A stretch of DNA of 63,421 nucleotides, filler included, from Hyphochytrium catenoides (Eukaryota; Protista; Hyphochytriomycota), in NCBI GenBank assembly GCA_900088475.1. It is 6 parts of 6 records of this genome, joined end to end, with 100 filler letters (N's around TTAATTAATTAA, not from the genome) between each part and the next. Parts side by side here need not be neighbours in the genome. Positions count along the whole stretch, not along the records: positions 60,933 to 63,421 come from FLMG01003132.1; 5 more parts are not named here. One strand, written 5' to 3'. The translations under genes were made by a program, and so were the position numbers. A model generated the notes under the pieces. That model saw nothing but the letters and a program-made list of their open reading frames with translations. It ran no database searches and was not told where the DNA came from. Positions 60,933 to 63,421 of this stretch are shown here, piece after piece. The first letter of the stretch is position 1, and the number at the start of each line of letters is the position of its first letter.

Positions 60933-63331
60933 TGATCTTGTTGCTCTTTAAGCCCTGGAAAAGCTTACACGACCTAAAGCCCGCGAACCGAACCTGGTAT
61001 GAAGCCTTTACTGCCTGGCTACAGCTAGCCCCAACAAACGGAGGCCCGTCACAGGAAACGATCAAACGTATCAACAACATTGAGTACCTGAAAAGATCCG
61101 CCGATGAAGCTAGTGCAGAGGCCACTGCTAGACGACAACGGTCTCAAAGAAGGGTCTCAACAGACAATTCCACCTCTGAACAAGACCGCATACTAGACTA
61201 TGACACTAACGGTGATGATTACCTACATGGGCAGAACGCTTTCAATGATGAAGATGTTGATGACTTCACGTTCCACATCGACGATAACGCCATATCGTCA
61301 TATCGTCTAGCGCTTGACCATAAAACACAACAGTGGCAAGAAGAAGCCATGCGACAAGTCAGCCTGGTCCTGGCCCTACCACCAAACACATCCGCCGGTC
61401 ATAGCATCCCGCTTACAGACCCCAATACAGGACGCAGACAATTGACGGGTGACGCAGAACGCTTAAAATCATGGACAGCTGAAATGGCCCGACTGAGGGA
61501 GCAAATTCTATTGACCCGCCGCTCGCCATTGGTACATCAACCCTCTGCTGCCCCGAACCATCAGAGTGATCCATCGCAGCAACAGCTCCCTCAACCTTAT
61601 ATCGTCCAACACCACGACCAGTCACCCCTTAGAGAGACACTTCTAAGACCTACTTCCCCTCCCTCACACGCAACATCCCAGCCTACCCTGCTACCCTCCG
61701 CACAAAGCTCACTCACGATTGCAACTCATGCACGAAGTTTCAATCTGACAACATACCAATCCAAGGTACACAAACTTTTTTGTGAAGATGGAGTCCAGCG
61801 GTTAGGGTCTACCACCTCCTCGCCTGGCAACGATAGGCAACAACTTCTTGCCTGCCTTCTGGGCGAAGGAGGGACCGGGAAAACAAGGACGATAAATGCA
61901 ATCGTTGACTTCTTTTGTAAATCGAACATGGCTCACACCCTAAGAGTGGCAGCACCGACAGGTTGTGCTGCAGCCAATATTTCAGCAAGCACTATCCACT
62001 CCATGATTAATTGGAGACCAGGTAAAAATCTCGACGATGACATAGATCAGGACGCGGTTTCTTCTACGATGCCAAATCAGGCACAGGTGGAAAGCGAATG
62101 GGCCAGTACGACGCACCTGATACTCGATGAGATATCGATGATTGGTTGTGCGTTCCTCTTTGAGCTTCATCTCTACCTCTGCCGCGCCAAACGACAAGTC
62201 GACAAACCCTTCGGTGGCATTAGCGTTCTTCTGTGTGGTGACTTTTTCCAGTTCCCCCCCGTCTCTGACAGCCCTCTTTATCTTGATCCTCCCGATCCCA
62301 AACAAGGCAGGCCTCTCTCACAGAAGCATATAAATGCATACAATGGCCGACGCCTGTGGCTGGCAGTTGACAGAGTATTCATACTAACCGAGCAAATGCG
62401 TGCTGGGGACCCCGAACTCCGTCGAATCCTCAGTAACATCCGCAGCGGGAAGAAGACAAGAGAAGACTACGAGGCTCTTTGCCGACGTATTGTAGGCCAA
62501 CAGAACGAAATCGACCTGGCCGACCCACAATGGAAAAACCCAACCTGGATTGTCACTCGAAACACATTACGGTCAGAGATAAATGATAAAGCAGTAGTAC
62601 AACAAGCTATCACCCAAGGCCAGCCGCTACTCTCAGTACCATCAACTGACACCTGGAAGCGAAACATTCCTGCACCTGACTTTTTGCGAAATCAGCTCCG
62701 TTCACTTCCGGATAACAAAACCGAAAGATTACCTTCCCATCTGTACCTCACACCGAATTGTCCCGTCCAGCTAACACACAATCTATATACTGAACTGAAC
62801 CTCACCAACGGTTCCATAGGATCCTTTAAAGGACTAGTATACATACAACAGACCAGGAGAGGCATGGCAGAAACACTTTGTAACCATGGTACGCCACTCT
62901 ATGCCCTTGTCGAGTTCCCGCCGTCCCAAACACTTCCCCGACTGGAGGGACTTCCCCCAAACGTAATACCTATAGCTCCTGTGAAAAGATCGTTTAAAGC
63001 AAAGGTCAACCTCAACGGAAAGTCATCAACAATAACCGTGAAGAGACATCAACTGCCGCTTACCTTAGCATACGCCCTTTCCGATTACAAGGTTCAGGGA
63101 AGAACTCTTACAGGAAAAGTAGTAGTAGACCTCTGCCCCGCTCCCTACTCCCGCCGAGACCTAGCCGCCATAGCTTGTTACGTAGCACTGTCAAGGATCA
63201 CTACCTTAGAGAACCTTGCCATTTTACGGCCCTTTGACATCGACGCTCTCTACCGGCCGCCTCCAATAGCATTAACTAACGAGATGACAAGGCTACAACA
63301 ACTTGAGGCACGAACCATGTCTCTGCTGTAG
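60933..63331 (+). mobile_element. Helitron-type Rep/Hel ORF, PIF1-family SF1B helicase half (5'-truncated at contig edge)
   Basis: Intronless ORF of about 797 aa: LLFKPW...TW.EAF linker, GEGGTGKT, APTGCAA, STIHS, LILDEISM, FGGISVLLCGDFFQFPPV, LTEQMR, RHQLPLTLAYALSDYKVQGRTL, YVALSR. Confidence 0.88.
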
Positions 63332-63421
63332 GGGAGAATGACCTAGTAGAAGACCGCGCAGCTCTTGATTGCTAGAGAGATCTCTATCACAAATACCGCT
63401 CATACTTCTTTTTACTTCTTA

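Overview
Eukaryotic, intron-rich, (CT)n/(GA)n-microsatellite-rich DNA, probably a protist; a stramenopile affinity is only a weak guess. The window is not contiguous: five identical 100-nt artificial spacers (N44-TTAATTAATTAA-N44) join six contigs (1-23881, 23982-37057, 37158-48154, 48255-55345, 55446-60832, 60933-63421). Most ORFs in the supplied track are microsatellite artefacts. Spliced housekeeping genes: ferroportin 3' exons (two copies), NOC3, PP6 catalytic subunit, a C2H2 zinc-finger protein with His/Cys repeats, mitochondrial proline dehydrogenase and a fatty-acid elongase. There is also an intronless secreted beta/gamma-crystallin-like gene, a Helitron-type PIF1 helicase, candidate non-autonomous Helitron ends and three CRE-like non-LTR retrotransposon relics. 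The most interesting feature is in contig 1: an array of about 7 apparently intronless genes and pseudogenes sharing a ~650-nt upstream cassette and a conserved basic-leader plus signal peptide, fused to largely unrelated mature regions (a '5'-constant / 3'-variable' secreted-protein family). All translations and alignments were done by eye, and no database searches were run.
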